A DNA stretch of 64,000 nt from Faecalimonas sp. (lineage in GTDB: Bacteria; Bacillota; Clostridia; Lachnospirales; Lachnospiraceae): NCBI GenBank assembly GCA_036311625.1, contig JAXJPN010000085.1, positions 1,710-65,709 of the forward strand, given 5' to 3'. Shown in pieces: positions 19,377-28,040 of the stretch; the stretch's first letter is position 1; every line of letters starts with the position of its first letter. The notes under the pieces are model-generated. The model was not told the origin of the DNA and did not search any database. It saw nothing but the letters and a program-made list of their open reading frames with translations. A program made the position numbers and the translations under genes.

Positions 19377-20069
19377 TTGCAGATACAGGGATTACAAAAA
19401 TTAACATTGTTAGACTTCCCGGAGAAGGTGGCCTGCACTGTATTTACTGCGGGTTGTAATTTTCGTTGTCCGTTTTGTCACAATGCTTCGCTTGTGACAC
19501 ATGTTCCGCAGGAGGCAGAGATGACGGAAGAGGCGTTTTTCTCCTTTTTGAAAAAGCGGCAGGGAATTTTAGACGGGGTTTGCATTACAGGTGGCGAGCC
19601 TCTGTTGCAAAAGGATATTGAGAATTTTATTCGAAAGATAAAGGAGCTTGGGTATGCTGTGAAATTGGATACAAATGGAAGCTTCCCTGACAAACTGAAA
19701 TTCTTGGTGCAGGAGCAGTTGGTGGATTATGTGGCGATGGATATCAAGAATTCACTCCAAGCATATGCGGCTACGGCCGGAACGGATGCAAGATATCTTG
19801 ACGCGATTCAAGAGAGCGTTGTGTTCTTGCAAGAGAGCCATGTGCCTTACGAGTTCCGTACAACCGTTACAAAGAACTTTCATACCAAAGAGGAATTTGC
19901 AAGAATTGGAGAGTGGATTGCAGGTTGCGAGAAATATTTTTTGCAAGCCTTTGTCAATTCCGGCGATTTGATTGATAGTCAAATCACCGGATATGATGAA
20001 GAAGAAATGAACGAGTTTCTTGATGTGGTAAAAGCATATGTGCCAAATGCGAAACTACGCGGGATTTAG
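19377..20069 (+). CDS. nrdG: Anaerobic ribonucleotide reductase activating enzyme
   Basis: GCNFRCPFCHN, ITGGEP, LDTNG; TTG start after GGAGG; nrdD nearby. Confidence 0.9.
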   Translation: MQIQGLQKLTLLDFPEKVACTVFTAGCNFRCPFCHNASLVTHVPQEAEMTEEAFFSFLKKRQGILDGVCITGGEPLLQKDIENFIRKIKELGYAVKLDTNGSFPDKLKFLVQEQLVDYVAMDIKNSLQAYAATAGTDARYLDAIQESVVFLQESHVPYEFRTTVTKNFHTKEEFARIGEWIAGCEKYFLQAFVNSGDLIDSQITGYDEEEMNEFLDVVKAYVPNAKLRGI

Positions 20070-20124
20070 TGTGGCACTTTTTTGAAATTATTTGGCGTAC
20101 AGCCAATTCTCTTTTTAAACATCT

Positions 20125-20219
20125 TTGAAATATTTATGTTTTCTATGATGATAGGTGTTGAAATAATTATATGATTGCAAGAAAATAATATTGAAATAAT
20201 TATATTTTTCGAGTAAAAT
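20125..20219 (+). repeat. Three direct repeats (TTGAAATAWTTATRT) at exact 33-bp period over a sigma-A promoter
   Basis: Copies at 20125, 20158 and 20191 (weak fourth at 20223); TTGAAA(20191)-N17-TAAAAT(20214). Confidence 0.8.
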
Positions 20220-20274
20220 GTATTGAATACTAGAAGTTTGCAGAAGATATTTGTGACTGAAAGGCGGAGATAAT

Positions 20275-21609
20275 ATGTTTAAGAGAAAAGTATACAATCA
20301 ACTTTTGGAGTGGAAAAGAGACTGGGATGGTAAGTATGCATGCCTTCTTGAAGGGGCCAGACGAGTTGGGAAAACAACAATAGCAGAGGAGTTTGCGCGG
20401 AATGAATATGATTCCTACATTTTGATTGATTTCTCGAATGTGAGTAAGGAAATGATAGATATTTTTGATGATATTTCAAAATTAGATCGTTTCTTTCTAA
20501 GGTTACAGGTGGAAACAGGGATAGAACTTTATGAAAGAAAATCCGTAATTATTTTTGATGAGATTCAATTGTTTCCGAAGGCACGTCAGGCGATTAAGCA
20601 CCTTGTAAAAGATGGCAGATATGACTATATAGAGACGGGCTCTCTGATATCGATCAAGAAGAATGTGAAGGACATTTTGATTCCGTCAGAAGAACATAGG
20701 ATTCGTGTGTATCCAATGGATTATGAGGAATTCCTATGGGCAACAGGTGGAAATCCGAAGATTTTGGAGATGGCATATAAGAGCGGGATGGAGTTAGGCA
20801 ACGCAGCGAATCGCAATGCTATGAGAGATTTTCGTATTTATATGGCTGTGGGCGGTATGCCGCAAGCAGTGGAAAGCTATATTGCGACCAACAGTTTTGA
20901 GGCAGTGGATAAGGTAAAGCGTGAGATTTTGGATTTGTATTATGACGATTTAAAGAAGATTGATGATTCGGGGAGAATCACGGATATGTATAAATCCGTT
21001 CCGTGTCAACTTGCTGCAAAGAAGAAACATTATGTCATTTCAACGGCAACAGGGAAACAAAAAACAAGAAAGGACGAGGAGCGCTTATTTGAGTTGATTG
21101 AATCCGGACTTGTGCTGCCTTGTTACAATGTGTTGAATCCAACCGTATCTTTGCCTCAGACCAAAGATTTGAATTGCTTTAAATTATATCTGTCGGACAT
21201 CGGGCTGTTTACAACGATGCTTTTTCACGACTCTCAAAATGGGATCAAAGATATTTATAAAAAACTATTAAGTGATACATTGCCGGCAGATTTGGGATAT
21301 TTGTATGAAAATGTAGTTGCACAGGCAATGAAGGCAAGTGGAAGGGATTTGTATTACCATACATGGAGAAAAGAGGGAAGCACACATTCGTTTGAAATTG
21401 ATTTCTTGCTTACGTCAAAAAACAAGATTGTTCCGATAGAAGTGAAATCGTCAGCGATAAAGAATCATAAATCCATTGATTATTTTGAAGTGAAGTATTC
21501 GAAATATGTGGGGGAGAGGTATCTTCTTTCGCAAAAAGATGTTGGCAAAATAGGCACCTTAAAGTTAAAACCGATTTATATGATTTTGTTCCTATTAAAA
21601 GAACTGTAA
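20275..21609 (+). CDS. AAA+ ATPase (AAA_14) with DUF4143/PD-(D/E)xK domain, second paralogue
   Basis: GARRVGKT, IIFDEIQ, GGMP, EIDFL...PIEVKS; lies between nrdG and nrdD. Confidence 0.88.
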   Translation: MFKRKVYNQLLEWKRDWDGKYACLLEGARRVGKTTIAEEFARNEYDSYILIDFSNVSKEMIDIFDDISKLDRFFLRLQVETGIELYERKSVIIFDEIQLFPKARQAIKHLVKDGRYDYIETGSLISIKKNVKDILIPSEEHRIRVYPMDYEEFLWATGGNPKILEMAYKSGMELGNAANRNAMRDFRIYMAVGGMPQAVESYIATNSFEAVDKVKREILDLYYDDLKKIDDSGRITDMYKSVPCQLAAKKKHYVISTATGKQKTRKDEERLFELIESGLVLPCYNVLNPTVSLPQTKDLNCFKLYLSDIGLFTTMLFHDSQNGIKDIYKKLLSDTLPADLGYLYENVVAQAMKASGRDLYYHTWRKEGSTHSFEIDFLLTSKNKIVPIEVKSSAIKNHKSIDYFEVKYSKYVGERYLLSQKDVGKIGTLKLKPIYMILFLLKEL

Positions 21610-21633
21610 AATTTCCTCAGTATTTTTTGTGCA

Positions 21634-21681
21634 AAACGAGATATTGTGTTTTTGAAAAAACAAAAACACAATATCTTGTTG
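21634..21681. promoter_or_regulatory. Two NrdR boxes upstream of nrdD
   Basis: AAACGAGATATTGTGT (21634) and ACACAATATCTTGTTG (21666), 32 bp apart, resemble acaCwAtATaTwGtgt. Confidence 0.75.
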
Positions 21682-21748
21682 TTTTTTGTTGACGTACACT
21701 CTAAATAATGCTACAATAATCAAACAGACGAATTTGGAGGTACGAAAG

Positions 21749-24112
21749 ATGTATCAGGTAAAAAAGAGAGACGGAAAGATTGCAGAGTTTAATTTGCAGA
21801 AGATTGCAGCGGCAATCACAAAGGCATTTGAAGCACAAGAATTAGACACACATCCAGATATCATCGATATGCTGGCATTGAAGGTGACGGCAGATTTCGC
21901 GGGCAAGATTCAGGACGGATTTGTAAGAGTGGAGGATATCCAAGACAGCGTGGAGTCCGTGTTGATTCAGGCGGGATACGGCGAAGTTGCGAAGGGATAT
22001 ATTTTATACCGCAAGCAGCGTGAGAAGATCCGTAATATGAAATCTACTGTGCTGGACTACAAGGAGATTGTGGATAACTACGTGAATGTCAACGACTGGC
22101 GTGTAAAAGAGAACTCAACGGTTACCTATTCAGTAGGTGGTTTGATTTTGAGTAACTCCGGTGCGATTACAGCGAACTACTGGCTGTCCGAGATTTACGA
22201 TGAAGAGATTGGAAATGCACATCGTAATGCAGATATTCACATTCATGACCTTTCGATGCTCACAGGTTACTGTGCAGGTTGGTCTCTGAAACAGTTGATT
22301 CAGGAAGGACTCGGTGGCGTGGTTGGAAAGATTACCTCTGCACCGGCAAAGCATTTGTCAACGCTTTGTAACCAGATGGTGAACTTTCTCGGAATTATGC
22401 AGAATGAATGGGCAGGTGCACAGGCATTTTCTTCGTTTGATACCTACCTTGCTCCATTTGTAAAAGTGGACAACTTGAATTATGAGCAGGTGAAAAAGTG
22501 CGTAGAATCTTTCATTTATGGCGTAAATACACCAAGTAGATGGGGTACACAGTCACCATTTACGAACATTACTTTGGACTGGACTGTGCCGAATGACCTT
22601 GCAGAGCTTCCGGCAATCGTTGGCGGCAAGGAGATGGATTTCAAATACAAAGACTGTAAGGCAGAGATGGATATGATCAACAAGGCATTCCTTGAGACGA
22701 TGATTGAGGGTGATGCCAATGGACGTGGATTCCAGTATCCGATTCCGACATATTCGATTACCAAAGATTTTGATTGGTCAGAGACGGAGAACAACAAGCT
22801 CTTGTTTGAGATGACTGCAAAGTACGGTACACCGTATTTCTCAAATTATATTAACAGCGATATGGAGCCGAGTGACGTGCGAAGCATGTGCTGCCGTCTG
22901 CGTCTCGACCTCCGCGAGCTCCGCAAGAAATCCGGTGGTTTCTTCGGTAGTGGCGAGAGTACAGGTTCGGTAGGAGTTGTTACTATCAACCTTCCAAGAA
23001 TCGCATATTTGTCAAATGATGAGGCTGAGTTCTACAAGAGATTAGACCGCTTAATGGACATTTCCGCGCGTTCACTCAGCGTAAAGCGTACGATTATCAC
23101 AAAGCTGCTGAATGAGGGCTTGTATCCGTATACAAAGAAATATTTGGGAACCTTTGCAAATCATTTCTCAACCATCGGCTTGGTCGGTATGAATGAGGCA
23201 GGTTTGAATGCAAAGTGGTTGCAGGCAGATATGACGCATGAGAAGACACAGCAGTTTGCAAAAGATGTGTTGAATCATATGAGGGAGCGTCTTTCGGATT
23301 ATCAGGAATTGTACGGTGACCTTTACAACTTAGAGGCAACACCGGCTGAGTCAACGACTTACCGTCTTGCAAAGCACGATAAGGCACAGTTCCCGGAGAT
23401 TATTACAGCTTCCGAGAATGGTGCTCCGTATTATACCAACAGCTCACATCTTCCGGTGGGTTACACGGCAGATATTTTTGAAGCATTGGATATTCAAGAT
23501 GAGTTGCAGACTTTGTATACTTCAGGAACTGTATTCCACGCCTTCTTGGGTGAGAAGCTTCCGGACTGGAAGGCAGCAGCCACTTTGGTACGCAAGATTG
23601 CAGAGAACTACAAGCTGCCATATTATACGATGTCACCGACCTACTCAATCTGTAAGGATCATGGTTATCTGACCGGTGAGCAGTATGAGTGTCCGCACTG
23701 TGGAGGCACGACGGAGGTTTACAGTCGTATTACGGGATATTACAGACCGGTACAGAACTGGAACGATGGAAAGGCACAGGAGTACAAGGAGAGAAAGGTA
23801 TACGATATTACCAACTCCCAGTTGAAGGTGCGCACAGAGGCGGCGCAGGAAGTGATGGAAGAGGAGTGCGTTTGTGAGGATGAGACCAAGACGATGCTCT
23901 TTACTACCAAGACCTGCCCGAATTGCAAGATTGTGGGTATGAGACTGGACGAGGCAGAGATTGCATACGAGAAAGTGGATGCAGAAGAAGCAACAGATTT
24001 GGTAGAGAAGTACGGCGTGAGACAGGCACCGACTTTGGTGGTTGTCAAAGACGGAAAGGTAGAGACCTTTGCAAATGCGTCGAATATCATCGGCTATATT
24101 GACGAGAATTAA
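21749..24112 (+). CDS. nrdD: Class III ribonucleoside-triphosphate reductase with C-terminal glutaredoxin-like domain
   Basis: ATP cone (VKKRDG), SMCCRL, CxxH...CPHC, YSRITGY glycyl-radical motif, C-terminal TCPNC...QAPTL. Confidence 0.95.
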   Translation: MYQVKKRDGKIAEFNLQKIAAAITKAFEAQELDTHPDIIDMLALKVTADFAGKIQDGFVRVEDIQDSVESVLIQAGYGEVAKGYILYRKQREKIRNMKSTVLDYKEIVDNYVNVNDWRVKENSTVTYSVGGLILSNSGAITANYWLSEIYDEEIGNAHRNADIHIHDLSMLTGYCAGWSLKQLIQEGLGGVVGKITSAPAKHLSTLCNQMVNFLGIMQNEWAGAQAFSSFDTYLAPFVKVDNLNYEQVKKCVESFIYGVNTPSRWGTQSPFTNITLDWTVPNDLAELPAIVGGKEMDFKYKDCKAEMDMINKAFLETMIEGDANGRGFQYPIPTYSITKDFDWSETENNKLLFEMTAKYGTPYFSNYINSDMEPSDVRSMCCRLRLDLRELRKKSGGFFGSGESTGSVGVVTINLPRIAYLSNDEAEFYKRLDRLMDISARSLSVKRTIITKLLNEGLYPYTKKYLGTFANHFSTIGLVGMNEAGLNAKWLQADMTHEKTQQFAKDVLNHMRERLSDYQELYGDLYNLEATPAESTTYRLAKHDKAQFPEIITASENGAPYYTNSSHLPVGYTADIFEALDIQDELQTLYTSGTVFHAFLGEKLPDWKAAATLVRKIAENYKLPYYTMSPTYSICKDHGYLTGEQYECPHCGGTTEVYSRITGYYRPVQNWNDGKAQEYKERKVYDITNSQLKVRTEAAQEVMEEECVCEDETKTMLFTTKTCPNCKIVGMRLDEAEIAYEKVDAEEATDLVEKYGVRQAPTLVVVKDGKVETFANASNIIGYIDEN

Positions 24113-24130
24113 ATATGCAGTTGGTTTTAA

Positions 24131-24158
24131 AGGGCAGGAAGAAATTCCTGCTCTTTTT
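24131..24158 (+). terminator. Rho-independent terminator after nrdD
   Basis: AGGGCAGGAA-GAAA-TTCCTGCTCT followed by T run. Confidence 0.75.
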
Positions 24159-24253
24159 GTCTTGAAGTTTCAAAATAAAAGTGATATAATTTGATAAAAA
24201 CAAAATAAAGTTTTGAAATATAAAAATAAGATTTGAGAAATGGAGGAGCCGAA

Positions 24254-25297
24254 ATGTCATTTCAAGAAGCGAAACGAGAGAGTATCAAAAGATATATGTT
24301 AGAAAAAATCCGAATGGATGATGAAGAGTTTATAGAGAAGACGATGGATAATTTTGGCATATCCATTACAACTGTGAAACGATATGTAAAAGAGGAATTG
24401 GAAAAGCAGACTTTGTGTGCAGATGAAGAGCGGCAATGCGGGTATCGTTTATACACACAAATATTTACATTCGAGTATGCGATTGAGGGTCTGGATGAGG
24501 ATACAATATACCTAGAAGATGTAGCACCATTACTGGACGATGTTTCGAAACAAGCGAAACACATTTGGTATTATGCCTTTGCCGAGATGATGAATAATGC
24601 GATTGAACATTCTGAAGGGAACAAGATACAGTGTACGGTGTATAAGGACTGTCTGTACACAGAGATTCGCATTGTGGATGACGGTGTAGGAATTTTTCGC
24701 AACGTGCAACAATATTTGAAGAACACTTGTGGAAAAGACTTTGCTTATCAAGATGTGATAGCGGAGTTATATAAGGGAAAGCTGACAACCAAACGTGAAA
24801 ATCATTCTGGAGAAGGTATCTTCTTTACATCAAAAGTGTTGTATGAATTCGCAATATGGTCAGAGGGTGCCGCTCTTAAACAAGGGTATTATGAGCAAGG
24901 ACAATTGATAGAGTCCCATCTGCTTGCGTATTACAATAAACTGAATCAGATTGGCACGATGGTTGTGATGCGTTTGGAGAATGATACGACTCGCACAATT
25001 AAGGAGGTGTTCGATATGTATGCACCAATAGAAAAGGGTTTTGTGAAGACAAGAATACCGTTAGCGGAAGTGTGCCTATACGCACAGCCGGTTGCAAGGT
25101 CGCAGGCGCGAAGGCTTCTGCATCGTTTGGAAGAATTCGAGCAGGTAGAGTTCGACTTTGCAGGGGTGGAATATATGGCACAGGGGTTTGCGGATGAGGT
25201 GTTCCGTGTATTCCATAATCAACATCCAGAGGTGGAATTGATACCGCTGAATGCGAATGAGAGTGTATTGGGGATGATTCAGCATGTGAGGAGATAA
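24254..25297 (+). CDS. HATPase_c / DUF4325 (STAS-like) protein with putative N-terminal HTH
   Basis: AEMMNNAIEHS (N box), DDGVGIF (G1), HSGEGIFF (G2), C-terminal RSQARRL...DFAGVEYMAQGFADEVF; promoter TTGAAG(24162)-N17-TATAAT(24185). Confidence 0.75.
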   Translation: MSFQEAKRESIKRYMLEKIRMDDEEFIEKTMDNFGISITTVKRYVKEELEKQTLCADEERQCGYRLYTQIFTFEYAIEGLDEDTIYLEDVAPLLDDVSKQAKHIWYYAFAEMMNNAIEHSEGNKIQCTVYKDCLYTEIRIVDDGVGIFRNVQQYLKNTCGKDFAYQDVIAELYKGKLTTKRENHSGEGIFFTSKVLYEFAIWSEGAALKQGYYEQGQLIESHLLAYYNKLNQIGTMVVMRLENDTTRTIKEVFDMYAPIEKGFVKTRIPLAEVCLYAQPVARSQARRLLHRLEEFEQVEFDFAGVEYMAQGFADEVFRVFHNQHPEVELIPLNANESVLGMIQHVRR

Positions 25298-25324
25298 GTG
25301 AGAGTTGATAAGGAAGGAGAGATT

Positions 25325-26314
25325 ATGGCAAGTCGTAATTACAAATCCACAGATGCTCTTATGCGACATCTACGTAATAATGGGATTTTCATTTCGGGCA
25401 GTTCTCAAAAGCAACAATTGATTACTACAGGATATTTTCATGGATATAAAGGATATCGATTTTTTGTGTCGTCTCATAGAAAGATTCCTTTTGTTTCGTA
25501 TAAGGAAATCAATGCCACTATCCAATATGATACAAAACTGAAAGCTTTATTATACGGAAAGATGATGTTTATAGAAACGGCATTGAAAAACATTGCACTT
25601 AATACAATTATGACCGAAATTGGAACAAACAGTATATACGATATGTATGATAAAGTGGTTAGTAGCTATAAGAATGCTCCAATAGGAACAACAGAGGATG
25701 TCAAGAAAAGATATCAGAATAATAAGCTGAACTTACAGGGTTTAATTCAGAACTCTATTGCCGCAGCATATAGAAAAGACAATCCGAAAATCGCCCATTT
25801 TTATAATAACACAAGTTATAATGAGGTTCCGATTTGGGCTATATTTGAAATACTTACTATGGGAGACTTTGGTTTTTTGCTTTCGTGTTTGACGATGAGG
25901 ATGAGAGAGAAAATTTCAAGAGCAATAGGCATAAATTTGTCTAGTGATACATATCGAGAACTGCTTTATAAGTATGTATACGTGCTTAAGGATTTAAGAA
26001 ATGCTATTGCGCATAATGATGTGGTTTACGATACTCGTTTTAGAAGAATGGACCCCTCTAGATCTATGAAACAATGCCTGATTTTGGAAATCGGTCTTCC
26101 ATATATGAACTTTAAAACAATTGGAGATTATATTATTCTTATCTGTTATTGCTTAAAGCTGTTGAAAGTATCAAAAAAAGAAATTAAGACTTTTATATAT
26201 GAATTTGAGAAAATAACAAAGGAGTATGAAAATGCAGTGAGTCTGGCAGTTTCTGCAATTACAATTCATCCGGATTTAAATTCACGCATGACAATATTAA
26301 AAAAATTTCTCTAA
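25325..26314 (+). CDS. Abi family (AbiD/AbiF, Abi_2) HEPN ribonuclease
   Basis: GYFHGYKGY, YDTKLK...IETALK, PIWAIFEILTMGDF, HEPN RxxxxH in LRNAIAHN; RBS AAGGAG before ATG 25325. Confidence 0.85.
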   Translation: MASRNYKSTDALMRHLRNNGIFISGSSQKQQLITTGYFHGYKGYRFFVSSHRKIPFVSYKEINATIQYDTKLKALLYGKMMFIETALKNIALNTIMTEIGTNSIYDMYDKVVSSYKNAPIGTTEDVKKRYQNNKLNLQGLIQNSIAAAYRKDNPKIAHFYNNTSYNEVPIWAIFEILTMGDFGFLLSCLTMRMREKISRAIGINLSSDTYRELLYKYVYVLKDLRNAIAHNDVVYDTRFRRMDPSRSMKQCLILEIGLPYMNFKTIGDYIILICYCLKLLKVSKKEIKTFIYEFEKITKEYENAVSLAVSAITIHPDLNSRMTILKKFL

Positions 26315-26353
26315 ATAGTTGCATAATTTTGGGGCTTGTAGTATATTATTAAG

Positions 26354-26424
26354 TAGCAATTGGGGTATGTGTTTGCGGACACATACTTGGAGGAGTCGGA
26401 GAAATCTGGCTCCTCTCTTAGTTT
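26354..26424 (+). ncRNA. Putative AbiF-associated small RNA (antitoxin candidate)
   Basis: Own promoter TTGCAT(26319)-N17-TATATT(26342); hairpin GTATGTGT/ACACATAC (26365-26386) and GAAA-capped hairpin (26390-26415); no ORF; ends approximate. Confidence 0.6.
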
Positions 26425-26490
26425 GTTATGCAAAGTAAATTCTGTAGGGAAAATGTAGTTCGCAATGTGTATAAATCGTGCCATTTATTA

Positions 26491-26565
26491 AAAAATAGCA
26501 CAGTTACTTGACAATACCAAGTAGCTGTGCTATTTTTGTTTTCAGATACTTGGCAATGCAAAGTA
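26491..26565. promoter_or_regulatory. padR promoter with two imperfect palindromes inside a long inverted repeat
   Basis: TACTTGACAATACCAAGTA (26505) and TACTTGGCAATGCAAAGTA (26547); 20-bp arms 26491-26510/26518-26537; TTGACA at 26508. Confidence 0.65.
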
Positions 26566-26580
26566 GAGAGGAAAGAGACG

Positions 26581-26925
26581 ATGGAAGATACACAGTTGAT
26601 GAAAGGGATTTTAGAGGGGTGTGTGTTGAGTGTAATTGCAAGAGGTGAGACTTACGGGTATGAGATTCTATCTGTGCTTGAACAGGAAGGATTTACAGAT
26701 TTGGGTGAAGGAACGCTTTATCCGGTTTTAACGCGACTAGACAAACATCAATATATCACGTGCAGAAAGGCAAAGTCACCTTTGGGGCCAATACGAAAGT
26801 ATTATACCATCACGCCGTCGGGATTGGAACGATTGGAAAGCTTTAAACAGCAATTTTGCAGCGTGGTGCAGAGTGCAAACCAAGTATTATTTGAAGCAGA
26901 GAGAGAGGAAGAACATTTATGTTAG
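26581..26925 (+). CDS. PadR-family transcriptional regulator
   Basis: QLMKGILEGCVL, YGYEI, EGTLYPVLTRL, GPIRKYYTIT. Confidence 0.92.
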   Translation: MEDTQLMKGILEGCVLSVIARGETYGYEILSVLEQEGFTDLGEGTLYPVLTRLDKHQYITCRKAKSPLGPIRKYYTITPSGLERLESFKQQFCSVVQSANQVLFEAEREEEHLC

Positions 26926-28040
26926 ATACAATGAATATGGCAAAGCAGTTGCATGGGGAGTATAAAGCGGCTTTTGAGTGGATGGATATTTATAGTATGT
27001 CATTGGAGATGGATGCACAGATAAAAGACGAAAAGCTGATGGAGTTTTATGATTTCTTAGTAGAGGCCGAATATGAAGGAAAATCAGTTGAGAAGATTGT
27101 AGGCAGAGATATTGAAATCTTTGCAAAGAATCTCTTTGAAGAAAAGAAAGAGAGCTATGGATTAAAAGATTTGTTTGAGGGTTTATTTGTGATTTCTTTT
27201 ACGGTATTGCTCATAGCCGTTACGAACTTGCTTTTGGATGATACAAAAATCGATTTGCTACCGATAGTCACTGTGCTTGGAATTGCATGGATAATCAATA
27301 AGTTTGTCAAGCATTTTTTACAACCGATGGCGCTTAAGAAAAAAATGAAGCCAATTGTTTACTGTTTTATTGCTTTAGGAAGCTATTTATTTAGTTTTGT
27401 GCTTGCTTTTATCATATGCGGCATTCTGGATTTGCAACTTTATATGAACTCTTGGACACTGATTGTATTTGCTGGTGCGTATTTCGTTACTTATCTTATC
27501 ATAAAGGTGGTGCTCAAATGGCGTGAGGGAGATAAGGCTTATAATCAGCGTAAGGAAGAGAAGAAAATCGTAAAAGAATTTAATAAGGAGATTGCAAAGG
27601 ACAGTCAAACAGAGATTTGTGTAAAAATGATGGCGAAAAGATTTCAACGCATCCAAAAACGGAGAAACAAAAGAGGTAAAGAATACACATTTGAGGATTT
27701 TGCGACTTTGATTCGCAAGGAAAAATCAACGTCTAAGAAGTGGAATATTGTGATGTATGTGTGTTTTGCGCTGATGGTGCTATGTCCAAGTATAGACATT
27801 ATCTTACACGATGGCATTTTAAATGGGCTTGTATTTATGGCTATTGCAGGTGCGCTTGAGTTTTCTCTATGCCGATGGTCAATTAGGACAGGGGATGAAT
27901 CCTCAGATATGCAAGTGAAAATTATTGATGAATGTGAAGAGAAAGGTATTGATATTTTGCAGCGTGGTGCAGAGTGCAAACCAAGTATTATTTGAAGCAG
28001 AGAGAGGAAGAACATTTATGTTAGATACAGTGAATATGGC
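26853..28040 (+). repeat. ~85-bp near-identical direct repeat marking a tandem duplication (26853-26941 and 27954-28040)
   Basis: ATTTTGCAGCGTGGTGCAGAGTGCAAACCAAGTATTATTTGAAGC(AG)nGAAGAACATTTATGTTAGATACA occurs twice, differing by one AG unit. Confidence 0.9.
26919..27995 (+). CDS. Membrane protein with DUF1048-like N-terminus, paralogue 1
   Basis: E..D.LVEAE..GK..EKIVG.D...F motif followed by several TM segments; coupled to padR. Confidence 0.7.
   Translation: MLDTMNMAKQLHGEYKAAFEWMDIYSMSLEMDAQIKDEKLMEFYDFLVEAEYEGKSVEKIVGRDIEIFAKNLFEEKKESYGLKDLFEGLFVISFTVLLIAVTNLLLDDTKIDLLPIVTVLGIAWIINKFVKHFLQPMALKKKMKPIVYCFIALGSYLFSFVLAFIICGILDLQLYMNSWTLIVFAGAYFVTYLIIKVVLKWREGDKAYNQRKEEKKIVKEFNKEIAKDSQTEICVKMMAKRFQRIQKRRNKRGKEYTFEDFATLIRKEKSTSKKWNIVMYVCFALMVLCPSIDIILHDGILNGLVFMAIAGALEFSLCRWSIRTGDESSDMQVKIIDECEEKGIDILQRGAECKPSII

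Noticed and set aside
27925..28017. 31-aa N-terminal extension of membrane paralogue 2 in the ORF track
   Set aside because: It is the duplicated padR tail. The true start is ATG 28018, matching paralogue 1.
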